DNA from: Octopus bimaculoides
Taxonomy: Eukaryota
Direction: 5' to 3'
DNA length: 64,000 nucleotides
NCBI RefSeq assembly: GCF_001194135.2
Contig: NC_069003.1
Span: 31,150,124-31,214,123, forward strand
Position numbers and translations under genes: made by a program. The notes under the pieces were generated by a model. That model did not search any database. It saw only the letters and a program-made list of their open reading frames with translations, and was not told the DNA's origin. Below are positions 1 through 10,837 of the stretch, piece by piece (position 1 is the first letter of the stretch; every line of letters begins with the position of its first letter).

Positions 1-581
1 TGTATAAAATTTCATTGAAAAATACCCATTTTCTTGAAAGTTACCAGGAAACAATGTCGGGTCGTGTGAATTTTCAAAAATTCGTCTGCCCAACCCCTCG
101 GGAAAATCCTTTCCAACAAAAATCCCTATGTACTCTGAATAGATATCACTATTAATTTTCGAAAGTATTTCAATGTAATTTCTACTGTACTTTTTTCTTA
201 GCATCCAAAAAGAAACATTTTAATACCTCATTTGTGAAATTTGGATGAATATTTCAGGAAATACGACAATTTGAATGATTAGTAAAAAAAAAATGGTCGA
301 AACTCCGCCTAATTTGCATAAATGAAGCTACTCTTGCCATGTCATATCTTTGAAATTCAGACGATAGCTTTAAATTACACAAATTAATAGTGACCGTGAT
401 ATAGTAGTTGACTAATTTTTCTCTGGTTCTTGGAAAGAAAACATTTTTTGGCAATATTTTTAATATTTATGTAATGTGTAACAAATGGTCGATTTTTGCA
501 GCGCTTTGAAATCGAGCTAAATCCAAAACCATAAGCCATACGAACATTGAGATTTGGCACATTTGTAGTAGGAATGGAGGT

Positions 582-703
582 GGAGGCGCAATGGCCTAGT
601 GGTTAGGACAGCGTTAATTTCACGAGCAGGCTGTTCCGTTGATCAGATCAGCTGGAACCCTCGTCGTCGTAAGCGACGGAGTGCCAACAACAACAACAAC
701 AAC
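582..703 (+). mobile_element. tRNA-derived SINE family A, internally deleted copy (head fused to 3' end)
   Basis: Head GGAGGCGCAATGGCCTAGTGGTTAGG (A box TGGCCTAGTGG) joins directly to the 3' segment CGTTAATTTCACGAGCAGG...GGAGTGCC(AAC)n, which is shared with 1858-2210. Flanked by a 13-bp near-TSD, AGTAGGAATGGAG (567-579) and AGTAGGTATGGAG (704-716). Confidence 0.85.
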
Positions 704-1857
704 AGTAGGTATGGAGATAAATAAATCATGAGATTTTAGGATACGACAACGTCTCTATAGAATTTTAATTAAACTATTAAAAATGGCTATAATCGCGGAA
801 TTTCGGATCAGGACGCCCACCGAAGTTGGATTTTTCTCCGTTAAGATGGAGATTTCCCCCATTTTATTTTCTCTCCACGGCTTTGGAAATGATGGCGGTG
901 GGGAAGCGTTTTATGAAGAAAAAACATTTTGGAAAGTTTATGATTTCTCTGAACCCCGGATAGATTTAAGTTAATTTGTTTGACACTAAGCACTTAANNN
1001 NNNNNNNNNNNNNNNNNNNNNNNNNNNNNNNNNNNNNNNNNNNNNNNNNNNNNNNNNNNNNNNNNNNNNNNNNNNNNNNNNNNNNNNNNNNNNNNNNNNN
1101 NNNNNNNNNNNNNNNNNNNNNNNNNNNNNNNNNNNNNNNNNNNNNNNNNNNNNNNNNNNNNNNNNNNNNNNNNNNNNNNNNNNNNNNNNNNNNNNNNNNN
1201 NNNNNNNNNNNNNNNNNNNNNNNNNNNNNNNNNNNNNNNNNNNNNNNNNNNNNNNNNNNNNNNNNNNNNNNNNNNNNNNNNNNNNNNNNNNNNNNNNNNN
1301 NNNNNNNNNNNNNNNNNNNNNNNNNNNNNNNNNNNNNNNNNNNNNNNNNNNNNNNNNNNNNNNNNNNNNNNNNNNNNNNNNNNNNNNNNNNNNNNNNNNN
1401 NTTACAAATAATTAAATTAAATTAAATTACAGCTATTTCAAGCATTCCATGTCTATTCAGACATGGTTACATTGCGATCCATTATCTGTAGGGAGCTCAG
1501 TTTCGATACACTGATACGGGATATAAAAATAAATCTTCTCTACGGTCACAGCTTGAACACGCAAAAACACCATTTTTAGTACCCCATTACCAATTTTCCT
1601 TGGAAAATTACATATTTCAAAGTTCTAAATCTGAACTTCGTTCCCATATAGTCTTAATCAAAATTTGACACTTACCTAAGATGTCAGGATTCCTCAAATA
1701 CTCCGGTATTTCCTTCCGCCTATTTACAAAGTTTATCCCGAATTATATTTATTTATAATTATTTGTTTTACTATTGAACGGTAGCCCTCAATCTGGTTCA
1801 ATACGCTTGAGCGCACACAGGTAGAGGATTTTCTAAAGATTTATCATATTCTGATAT

Positions 1858-2210
1858 GGAGGCGCAATGGCCTAGTGGTTAGGGCAGCGGACTCGCGGTC
1901 ATAGGATCGTGGTTTCGATTGTGAGCGAAAACACCTAAAAGCTCCACGAGGCTCCGGCAGTGGTATGGTGTCGAACCCTGCTGTACTCTTCCACCACAAA
2001 TTTCTCTCGCTCTTTCTTCCTGTTTCTGTTGTGCCTGTAATTCCAAAGGGCCAGTCTTGTCACACTGTGTCACGCTGAATATCCCCCGAGAACTATGTTA
2101 AGGGTACACATGTCTGTGGAGTGCTCAGCCAATTGTACGTTAATTTCACGAGCAGGCTGTTCCATTGATCGGATCAACTGGAACCCTCGACGGAGTGCCG
2201 ACAACAACAA
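1858..2210 (+). mobile_element. tRNA-derived SINE family A, near full length
   Basis: A box TGGCCTAGTGG, B-box-like GGTTTCGATT, (AAC)n tail and a perfect 12-bp TSD ATATTCTGATAT (1846-1857 and 2212-2223). Homologous to 25506-25889. Confidence 0.9.
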
Positions 2211-3383
2211 TATATTCTGATATAAATCTCAATGGTGGTTGTTCAGATTAAGGTCACGAAATATTGAAAGAATAGACATTACGACAAAATAAACGTTCGT
2301 CTGTATTCAAAATCGGGAGAAACAAATTAAATAAACTTCACATCGGACAAAATAACATTCATTGCGTTATATAATCTTTATTGACGAAAACAGACGAATA
2401 TTTCTCTAAGAAATATGAAATTCACTTGTATAGAATAAGCAGGATTCATACGTCGTTCGGTACAAAGCGATGGAGAATAAATAACATTATCGATACGGCG
2501 ATTACAAACTAATTTTAGACTCTAGAGGCCCTAATTAACTCAATTTAGTGTAAATTTTCGAAGAAATATGTTTACTTACCAATTAATTTGTTCATTTCTT
2601 AAAATTCTGGATCAAAATCGATATCTGAAGCTTGAATTCCTTTTCCGAAAGACCTCTCTCGGTTTGACAAGTAGCATTCAATATTTGTTAATCGTCTGCA
2701 AAAAGCGTTACTACGTCACTCGCTTCTTTTCGCTTTGTGCTTTTTCGCTCTACCGTGGTCAGAATCAGCAATGACCATGAAGCATTTAGAAAGAAATTCT
2801 TCTTTCTTATGGCATAAAAATCTTGGAGAAATTATGTTCTTTTCTAAGTGAAAATTCGCACTTTGATATTTCGGAACGATTAACTGTCGTACCCCCATGG
2901 AGTTTTATATCTAAATAAAGCTAAAACATTCCGCCACGCACGAGCGTAGCTGGTGGGTGGGTGGTAGGAGTGTCCGTCCCGGGCGACACTTTTGGGTCAG
3001 CTGTAGGCTTTATGTGTATTTTGTGGGGTCCGGGGAGTGAAAAGCACACTCCGTGCGCATATGATTCTTACCACAACTCGAGTTTTAGCGCTCGATCGCA
3101 TTGAACTAGAAATAGGGCTACCGTTCAGCAGACAAACAAAAGACCAGGACACACTTTGATAATGCGTGAAAATACCAGGGTACTTGAAGGACCCTGACAT
3201 GAGACGTGTAGCAGTCAGATCTTAATTAAAACTATGAGAAGAAAGTTTACATTCAAAGCTTTCAAATGATACATAATATTCCATGGAAAAATGAATTTTG
3301 ACATGAAAATAATAAAGCAAAAAATGTGGACTTTTTTTATGCTCAGACTGTGCTTGTCGCCATTGTTCGGCACTCAATAAGTA

Positions 3384-3448
3384 ATACCGAGGACTGAACT
3401 CGGAACCATGTGGTTGAGAGACAAACTTCTAACCACACAGCCACACCT
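3384..3448 (-). mobile_element. SINE family C head fragment
   Basis: GGACTGAACTCGGAACCATGTGGTTG...ACCACACAGCCACACCTG is the reverse complement of the family C head seen at 6098 and 52935. Confidence 0.7.
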
Positions 3449-4092
3449 GTATTTACATATTCATCTTTCCACTATATCAATACTATTGGACAAGAACTGA
3501 TAGAGTCAGAAACACAGAATAGATATTTCCAATTGATTAAGTACTTTTATCTGTAGACAATAAAACCAACAAAATCAAATTTACTTTAAATCTAAGAAAC
3601 TGACAGAAATAGTAGTTCCATAAATACCAAGCTGTTGCAAATGGAAATAACTGGTTTATAATCAACGATCATCAGTGAAGCACAAGATAAGACTGACCTT
3701 ATCTTCCAGGGTAAAATTATACAGAAACTGGCAGAACATGCAAGAAATCGTTACAGCAAATGTGTTGTATTTAATAGTAATTATCACTTAATTCTGTTCT
3801 GTTCTGTTCTTGAAACACACAAAGTAGAAACCAATGAAAGAACCTCCCAAGAAATAGCTTCTCTTCTCTGCCTTGTTGTCGCCGACGAATTTTTTACCTT
3901 CTGATAGCAGACGCATTTTGTCGCCTTGTGAAGGGAGCTTAAAATAAATACATCGTTGGACGAGGCTAAACTTCTGTTTCAGATAGAGATAAAGAGATAG
4001 TCTACAAATTTAACTGCTTGCATATATCACTATAGATAGATGTAAAGGCTACTTTCTTTTATCATAGTTCAACATTTCTCATGGCAAAATGA

Positions 4093-4435
4093 AAAAGGGT
4101 GTTGCCCCAGAGATTAGCGAGGGAGGTGCGCTTGAACAGTTACTCTGACTCATGGAGGCGCTTGCACTTGCAGATAGCAACCTCTGCTGCCCCGATATCG
4201 GTGAGCAGAGATATGGTCCGAGGGTTAAGACCGTCAGAGATCTCAACTACCACAGGCTTGATCATAAACTTGTCCGGGAGCGACCGATACGTTGGCTTTT
4301 TTTTTTCTCAGCCTGACGAGCTGTGGAGCTTGGGCTGGTAGCTGACACCACCAAGTTGCTGCTGGAGAAGCTATCACAGTATATGACATCCCTGACGAGG
4401 GGCCTATCATCACAGAATGGTCTCCCACGCCATTT
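4093..4435 (-). pseudogene. Decayed C-terminal restriction-like endonuclease region of a CRE-type non-LTR retrotransposon
   Basis: Manual minus-strand translation gives PFCDDRPLVRDVIYCDSFSSSNLVVSATSPSSTARQAEKKK, a frameshift in A10, then TYRSLPDKFMIKPVVVEISDGLNPRTISLLTDIG...ESE*LFKRTSLANLWGN. This is collinear with the recalled CRE-like end (PF..GR.L.WD.TC.D...A..AE..K..KY..L...F.F.P.AVET.G...E..WL.QRL.LA..RGN). Confidence 0.6.
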
Positions 4436-4510
4436 TCATAGTTTATATACTTAACCACAAGGTAATAAAGCTTTGATATCGGTTGGAGTTTATCTGGAAT
4501 TTTTTAACGA

Positions 4511-4800
4511 ATGGAAATTACCGCTCCTGCATTTGAAGTTTTTCTGGAAGAAATCTTGTTTGATTCTGACTCAAATAACGATTTTGAAGGATTTACTCTA
4601 ACAGATATCGATGGTGAAACTATTCGGAGTGATGATGAGGACGTAGACTGTCCTTACAGTTATACTGAGAACGATGTACCGAGTGGATATTATCATCCAT
4701 AGTTGGTTGATTTAAGGAAAGCACTGGCCCCAAAAAGGTACATTTCTGAGGGACAACTCTTTTCGTCTATTCCTTAATGCATTATACAAAAATATTATTC
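4511..4800 (+). pseudogene. Possible decayed N-terminus of a piggyBac (PGBD4-like) transposase
   Basis: Acidic ORF 4511-4702 (DSDSNNDFEGFTLTDIDG) is followed in broken frames by WL..FKESTGP and FRLFL, resembling the W..F....GP...F.LF segment of PGBD-like N-termini. By-eye match only. Confidence 0.35.
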
Positions 4801-4919
4801 GTCCATTTCTTTATTAGTATACAAAAAAATCTAGTCTGTACACACAATAGAACGAAAGTTATAACAATTTTAAAACAGTAGGTGCTCATGTCTTTTGTTC
4901 CCTCAAAAATAATGCAGTG

Positions 4920-4978
4920 ACAGAGGAGACTATTCAAGGGGCAAAATAACTGTAAACCTGCTTTTGGGCCACCCTGTA
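4920..4978 (-). mobile_element. Possible Tc1/mariner-like terminal fragment
   Basis: Minus strand reads TA-CAGGGTGGCCCAAAAGCAGGTTTACAG, a TA-flanked CAGGGTG terminus typical of mariner-type elements. The partner end was not found. Confidence 0.35.
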
Positions 4979-5051
4979 CATCTAAAGCTAAATTTTTTCA
5001 AGGGCCCTTAAAATACTACTGTGGATCCCCAATTTACTATTTTGTTACATA

Positions 5052-5419
5052 CATCATCATCATCATCATCATTTAACGTCCGCTTTCCATGCTAGCATGG
5101 GTTGGACGATTTGACTGGGGACTGGTGAACCAGATGGCTACACCAGACTCCAATCTGATCTGGCAGAGTTTCTACAGCCGGATGCCCTTCTTAACGCCAG
5201 CCATTCCGAGAGTGTAGTGGGTGCTTTTTACATAGCACCAGCACGAGGGCCAGTCCGGCGGTACTGGCAATGGCAACGCTCAAATGGTGTTTTTTATGTA
5301 CAACCTGCACAGGAATTTGTCAATGTTTTGTTCACACATGCCACCGGCACAAGTGCCAGTAAGGTGAAGCTGGAAACGATCGTGCTCAAATGGTGCTTTT
5401 TATGCGCCACCGGCACTCC
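5052..5419 (-). mobile_element. SINE family B (RTE-type tail GCTAGCATGGAAAGCGGACGTTAAA(TGA)n)
   Basis: Reverse complement of 19504-19748 and 55524-55712. Has a (CAT)n tail and internally repeated 5' modules (GCCACCGGCAC...CTCAAATGGTG). Confidence 0.85.
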
Positions 5420-5488
5420 CAAAATTCTTATGTGGGCCCCAGTTGAGAACCACTGGTATATGCTGCCTGAAGAAAGCATTACAGAAAC

Positions 5489-5960
5489 CTTATGGCACTA
5501 TGGTTTGAATACAATAAAGCATTCCCTTCTATCTTCCACTCATGGGTGCTGAAGTCTCTGTACTCAACAAATGTAACTCAGCTGCTTTAGTCATTTCCAC
5601 TGAGAGGCTCACAAAGACCACGTCAACAATCTTTATGCCTACAACTGAGAGCAGAATGATTATTTCCTAAGTTATAAATATTTCAACATGAAATATTCCA
5701 AAGAGATAGTTTTTCTCTAATTCTTTTCAGTTTGACATTAAACCCATTATCATTTCATTTACAAAAGATCAATGTACATGTCAGTCTGTGACTGCTAGAA
5801 ACACCAACAAGCCTAGGATTTCTTTTTTAGATGACCTACAAATCTATGATAAGAATATGCATATAAGGCCAAAACGCAGCTGGAGGCAATAACAGCATTT
5901 TCAGCTGATCTAGGAATGGAATTTAGCCAAAAGAAATGCTCATATTTGATTGTTGAATAT
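5489..5960 (+). pseudogene. Decayed reverse transcriptase core of an RLE-class (R4/Dong/Hero-like) non-LTR retrotransposon
   Basis: Three RT blocks occur in the correct order across frameshifts: LWFEYNKAFPSIFHSWVLKSL (cf. WIDYKKAFDSVPHSWI), IFQRDSFSLILFSLTLNPLSF (cf. IFQGDSLS.L.F.L.LNPLS) and FLDDLQIY...AFSADLGMEFSQKKCSYL (cf. F/YMDDLKLY...FS.DIGM.FG..KC). Confidence 0.8.
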
Positions 5961-5965
5961 TGTCT

Positions 5966-6062
5966 ACTATCTTTCATTTGTTTCAGTCATAAGCCTGCGG
6001 CCATGCTAGGGCACCACCTAGAAGAATTTTTTAGCTGATGAATTGACCCCAGTTTTACTTAT
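5966..6062 (-). mobile_element. 3' tail module D of SINE C/D (degenerate)
   Basis: TTGTTTCAGTCAT...GCCATGCTAGGGCACCACC is the reverse complement of the GGTGCTCCAGCATGGCC..AGTC..GACTGAAACAA tail. Confidence 0.7.
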
Positions 6063-6097
6063 TTATATTTTAAACATGGTAATTATCCTATTGCTCC

Positions 6098-6265
6098 AAG
6101 TGTGGCTGTGTGGTAAGAAGCTTACTTCCCAACAATATGATTCTAAGTTCAGTCCCACTGCATGGCACCTTGGCCAAGTATCTTCTACTATAGCCTCAGG
6201 CCAACCAAAGCAGATGGAAACTGAAAGAAGCCCATCATATGTCTGTCTGTGTGTGTGTGTGTGTG
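6098..6265 (+). mobile_element. SINE family C (tRNA-like head plus CORE-like segment)
   Basis: GTGTGGCTGTGTGGTAAGAAGCTT...AAGTTCAGTCCC boxes, then GGCACCTTGGCCAAGT (CORE-like), GGAAACTGAAAGAAGCCC and (TG)n. Confidence 0.8.
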
Positions 6266-7304
6266 TGTGTTTGCATCTGTGGTTGTCCCCCACCACTTCC
6301 AATGATTCCGGGATATGGGGAGAGGGTTCCTCCCCCGCCCCATCCTTTTTTCTGAACAAAACTAAGGAGTTTGCAGCATATTAAGAGGTCAGGGTACTTG
6401 ATTCCATGCCAAAAAAATCCGAGATTTTTTTTTTCTTAGTGGAAACCATGAGGATGAAAGAATCAAAGAATAACAAAGAGAGGTGCGAAATTTAAGAAGC
6501 GACTTGTTAGAATATACACATCTGTGAGGAGACATAAACAAGAATAGCAAAAATCTACTATACCAAAACAACTGGTAATACATACATTACAAGAGTTCTA
6601 TGAAGAGAACATAAGACTGCTGCATAATTCAACATGAATGTGAAATGACATTAAACATCGTATAAGGTAAATGTAGGTTTCTGTAGGAACACTAAGTCAT
6701 ATTCACTTAGTGAGTTTACATGTGCAAGAATGAATTATGACGTTCTCATCGACATTAGATGCAGTGAGAGCTGGTAGCGGCGATGTCGGCAGTGATGAAT
6801 TTCATTGCGTTGTAATGCGGAGAAAGCGAGCAAATAGCTTCCTGGTGCAAACACAAGCAAAACTCCCAAAGTGGAGAAAAACTGATCTATTTAAGGAAAT
6901 TGCTGGGCTCCATTGCAGTAGGTAGAAAACTCCAAGCAATGTAAAATATGGCCAGCATGAATGTCAAACTTCAAAAAGTAGTTAAACATTTAATGGTTTT
7001 AGTAAATTTATACAAAAAAAAGTAAGCATTATATTGTCCAGCATAAATAAAAGTCAATTTCATTATATTTTTTCTGTAAAAACCTATTCTGACATTAACT
7101 GAGTCAATTTACCATACAAATGTTTACATTTGTATGTCATTTTTCAACAAAAAAAAATTCCTAAAAAAACTTTGGAAACAATCTACTCGTGTACTTTACG
7201 TACCCCCTAAAGATTATTTTGCTTTTGCGAAAAAAGTGCATAAATTACATGTGCTTTTATGGTATATAATGCATATAAAATGCAATCGGAAGCTAGTAAC
7301 CAAT

Positions 7305-7510
7305 GTGCCCGCTCACTTCCACCGCCAGTTGACAACCAGAGTTAGTGTGTTTACATCCCTGTAACTTAGCAGTTTGGTAAAAGAGATCTGATGGAATAAG
7401 TACCAAGCTTTTTTTAAAAAAGGTACAGGGGTCGATTTGTTCGACTCAAACCTTCAAGACAGTACCCTGAGCTCAGTTGCAGTCCAACGACGGATACAAA
7501 TAAAAAAGAA
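7305..7510 (+). mobile_element. SINE tail module D, degenerate
   Basis: TTGACAACC...CCCTGTAACTTAGCAGTTTGG...AATAAGTACC...GGGGTCGATTTGTTCGACT matches 32385-32585. Confidence 0.7.
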
Positions 7511-8047
7511 AAACACATCAAGAAAGCAAAAAACCAAAACATAAACCAATGATACTTGTGTTTAAACACTCCAACAAAAATGTAACACCACCAATTTTTT
7601 TCAAGACAGAGAGAGTTTCAAAGAAAAACCACTTGCTAAACATATTATAGAAGAAAGGAACATCAAAAGCTGTAAAATTGCTAACACGATGCTTATAGAT
7701 GATAATAGCAAACAGCATTTAATATTTGTGGTCTTAAACAAAATATTATTCACGTTACCTCACTTCATAAATTGAGCGGTTTTCATATAAAATATACAAA
7801 CAATGCACTTTATATTTCCATTATTCATTAATAATGCTGTAAAATTTTCCCAACACAATTATTATGGTTGGTGTTAAAATAGAATAAAGAAATATATAGA
7901 TATATATGTGTGTGTGTGTGTGCGTAAAAGAGAATGCTGCTGGAATGCTATTTTTGGCAATATATTAAAAATAGCTGAAAATTAATTCCGACAACTCGAA
8001 GACATTATGTGGAATCAATTTTAGCATTAACAGATGTTTGGTGGTGA

Positions 8048-8085
<38 letters not shown>

Positions 8086-9295
8086 AAGGATATGTTCGTG
8101 TACACACATATACATAATTATACACATACATATATATGTGTGTNNNNNNNNNNNNNNNNNNNNNNNNNNNNNNNNNNNNNNNNNNNNNNNNNNNNNNNNN
8201 NNNNNNNNNNNNNNNNNNNNNNNNNNNNNNNNNNNNNNNNNNNNNNNNNNNNNNNNNNNNNNNNNNNNNNNNNNNNNNNNNNNNNNNNNNNNNNNNNNNN
8301 NNNNNNNNNNNNNNNNNNNNNNNNNNNNNNNNNNNNNNNNNNNNNNNNNNNNNNNNNNNNNNNNNNNNNNNNNNNNNNNNNNNNNNNNNNNNNNNNNNNN
8401 NNNNNNNNNNNNNNNNNNNNNNNNNNNNNNNNNNNNNNNNNNNNNNNNNNNNNNNNNNNNNNNNNNNNNNNNNNNNNNNNNNNNNNNNNNNNNNNNNNNN
8501 NNNNNNNNNNNNNNNNNNNNNNNNNNNNNNNNNNNNNNNNNNNNNNNNNNNNNNNNNNNNNNNNNNNNNNNNNNNNNNNNNNNNNNNNNNNNNNNNNNNN
8601 NNNNNNNNNNNNNNNNNNNNNNNNNNNNNNNNNNNNNNNNNNNNNNNNNNNNNNNNNNNNNNNNNNNNNNNNNNNNNNNNNNNNNNNNNNNNNNNNNNNN
8701 NNNNNNNNNNNNNNNNNNNNNNNNNNNNNNNNNNNNNNNNNNNNNNNNNNNNNNNNNNNNNNNNNNNNNNNNNNNNNNNNNNNNNNNNNNNNNNNNNNNN
8801 NNNNNNNNNNNNNNNNNNNNNNNNNNNNNNNNNNNNNNNNNNNNNNNNNNNNNNNNNNNNNNNNNNNNNNNNNNNNNNNNNGGAGAAGCAACTCAATTGC
8901 TAATCCCTGTATATTTATGATATATATATATATATATATAAGTATACATATGTATGTGTGTATGTATTTGATCTGATATAATCATTGGTTTTCAGATAGA
9001 AATATGTATACACACATTCGAGAGTGTATGCTAAGAATATTTATGGCTTTTCGTTAAGTACAATTTTCCATCTGTGTGTAAATGTGGCTGTGAGCCCATC
9101 TGTGTTTATGTCTGTGTGCTTGTTGTCTGAATGAACGTGTACGTATATGAATGCACGTGTGTGTAGTTACATCTCTGCATTTATGTATGTGTGTGTGTGA
9201 ATGTGCATGAATAAAAAGTAATAAAATGAGTGTGTGTAGGTCTATTTGCAGGTTTTGCGTATGTGTAATAAAATCTAATGTAAGATGAAAATTTA

Positions 9296-9475
9296 TTTTT
9301 CCATCTATTGCTTGTTTCAGTCATTGGATTGCAGCCATATTGGAGCACCATTTGGAAGGGTTTCGTCAAACAAATCAATCCCAGTATTTACTTGTTTTTA
9401 AATCTGGTACTTATTTTATTGGTCTCCTTTTGCCAAACCACTAAGTTATGAGGACATTAACACTGGTTGTCAAGT
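9296..9475 (-). mobile_element. SINE tail module D
   Basis: CTTGTTTCAGTCATTGGATTGCAGCCATATTGGAGCACC...GGTACTTATTT...CTAAGTTATG...GGTTGTCAAG, the reverse complement of module D. Confidence 0.75.
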
Positions 9476-9487
9476 ACTCTATGAGAC

Positions 9488-10190
9488 AAGCACAAACACA
9501 AGGACACACGCACTGACACAAGGACACATGCACTCAGACAAGGACACATGCACTTGCACAAGGACACATGCACTCACACAAGGACACAGACACACACTCA
9601 CACAAGGACACAGACACACACTCACACAAGGACACAGACACACACTCACACAAGGGCACATGCTGTCACACAATGACACATGCGCTCGCAAAAGGACACA
9701 TGCACTCGCAGGACATATACACTCGGAGAAGGACACACGCACTCACACAAAGACACATGCACTCACACAAGGATACACACACTCGCAGGAGGACATACGC
9801 ATTCACGTGAGGACAAATGCACTCACACAAGGACACACGCACAAGGACACACACACACACAAGAACACACACACTTGCACAAGGACACACGCACACACAT
9901 TCACATTCACACGCAACACACACACTCATATATGTGCATCCACACACAACACACTCACACACACTCACACACACACTCGCACAACACTCGCACTTGCACA
10001 ACACTCACACTCACACACTTACATACATACACTGACACAACACACTGACACACATACACTCATACACTCATATACACACATGTACAAACATGCACATGCG
10101 CACACACATACACACACACACATACACACTCACCCACACGCACGCACGCACACACACACGTGCATGTACAAGCAAACACATCCATGTTAC
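9488..10190. repeat. CA-derived minisatellite (20-bp and 24-bp units) grading into cryptic (CA)n
   Basis: Units GCACTCACACAAGGACACAT (20 bp) and CACACACTCACACAAGGACACAGA (24 bp) repeat from about 9490 to 9890, followed by degenerate (CA)n. Confidence 0.9.
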
Positions 10191-10497
10191 AATTAGATGT
10201 TCTTGCAGCTTTACCTGCAAACTGCATCACATTTTCCATAACGCAACAGTGCAAGAAAATAACAGCAAAGTTAATAATGGTAATTATTTTTTAAAAAATT
10301 GATAAATAAATTCCACATTTTGACATAAAAATCACATAACACCAGGTGCAATTACTATTCTGTAATTACCACCAGGTGCAATTACCACCTGCACATACTC
10401 CACATAATCTTTGTCTGGCACTAAGACACCTGTCACGCATCACAAACCAAAGACATACCACTAACACCATCCTCATACAATCCACACTGCACATAGC

Positions 10498-10752
10498 TTA
10501 CATTATTTACATTATTTACATTTGACAGATATTCGTCCTCATCTTGTTTGTTGTTAACACAACGTTTCGGCTGATATACCCTCCAGCCTTCGTCAGGTGT
10601 CTTGGGGAAATTTCGAACCTGGGTTCTCATTCCTAACGATGTTACTATTATTATTATATTATTATTATTACTATTATTAATCAGGTCGCTGCCGTGAATC
10701 GAACTCGGAACCTTGGGGTTAGTAGCCCGCGCTCTTAACCACTACGCCATAT
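10498..10752 (-). mobile_element. tRNA-headed SINE-like family F with hammerhead-containing 3' part, copy 1
   Basis: Minus strand order: A box TGGCGTAGTGG (10739-10749), B box GAGTTCGATTC (10696-10706), (TAA)-rich linker, hammerhead motif and (AATGTAAAT)n tail. A second copy lies at 26051-26278. Confidence 0.85.
10556..10601 (-). ncRNA. Minimal type-I hammerhead ribozyme (Penelope-like architecture)
   Basis: Minus strand GACAC-CUGACGA-A-GGCUG-gaggguauau-CAGCC-GAA-ACGU-U-GUGUU. It has the CUGANGA core, 5-bp stem II, GAAA, palindromic ACGU in place of helix III, a GUU cleavage triplet and stem I GACAC/GUGUU. Activity is not demonstrated. Confidence 0.75.
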
Positions 10753-10837
10753 TTACACTTCAAGGTGGTGAACTGGTTGAATTATTGGCATGTCGGACAA
10801 AGTGTTTATTCCTTTATTCTTTTATTCTTTTATTCTT

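Noticed and set aside
1-1800. Possible large DNA transposon with CpG-rich subterminal-like text
   Set aside because: No TIR pair, TSD or transposase frame could be identified, and a 403-N gap interrupts it.
8027-8976. Long ORFs in the track (also near 30.3-32.4 kb, 47.9-50.6 kb and 58.2-58.8 kb)
   Set aside because: They consist of N gaps and TA/CA microsatellite translations (poly-IY, HT, VC) and are not coding evidence.
10690-10752. Possible genuine tRNA gene (also the heads of families A, C and E)
   Set aside because: A and B boxes and an anticodon-like arm exist, but there is no acceptor stem pairing, and each continues into a SINE body.
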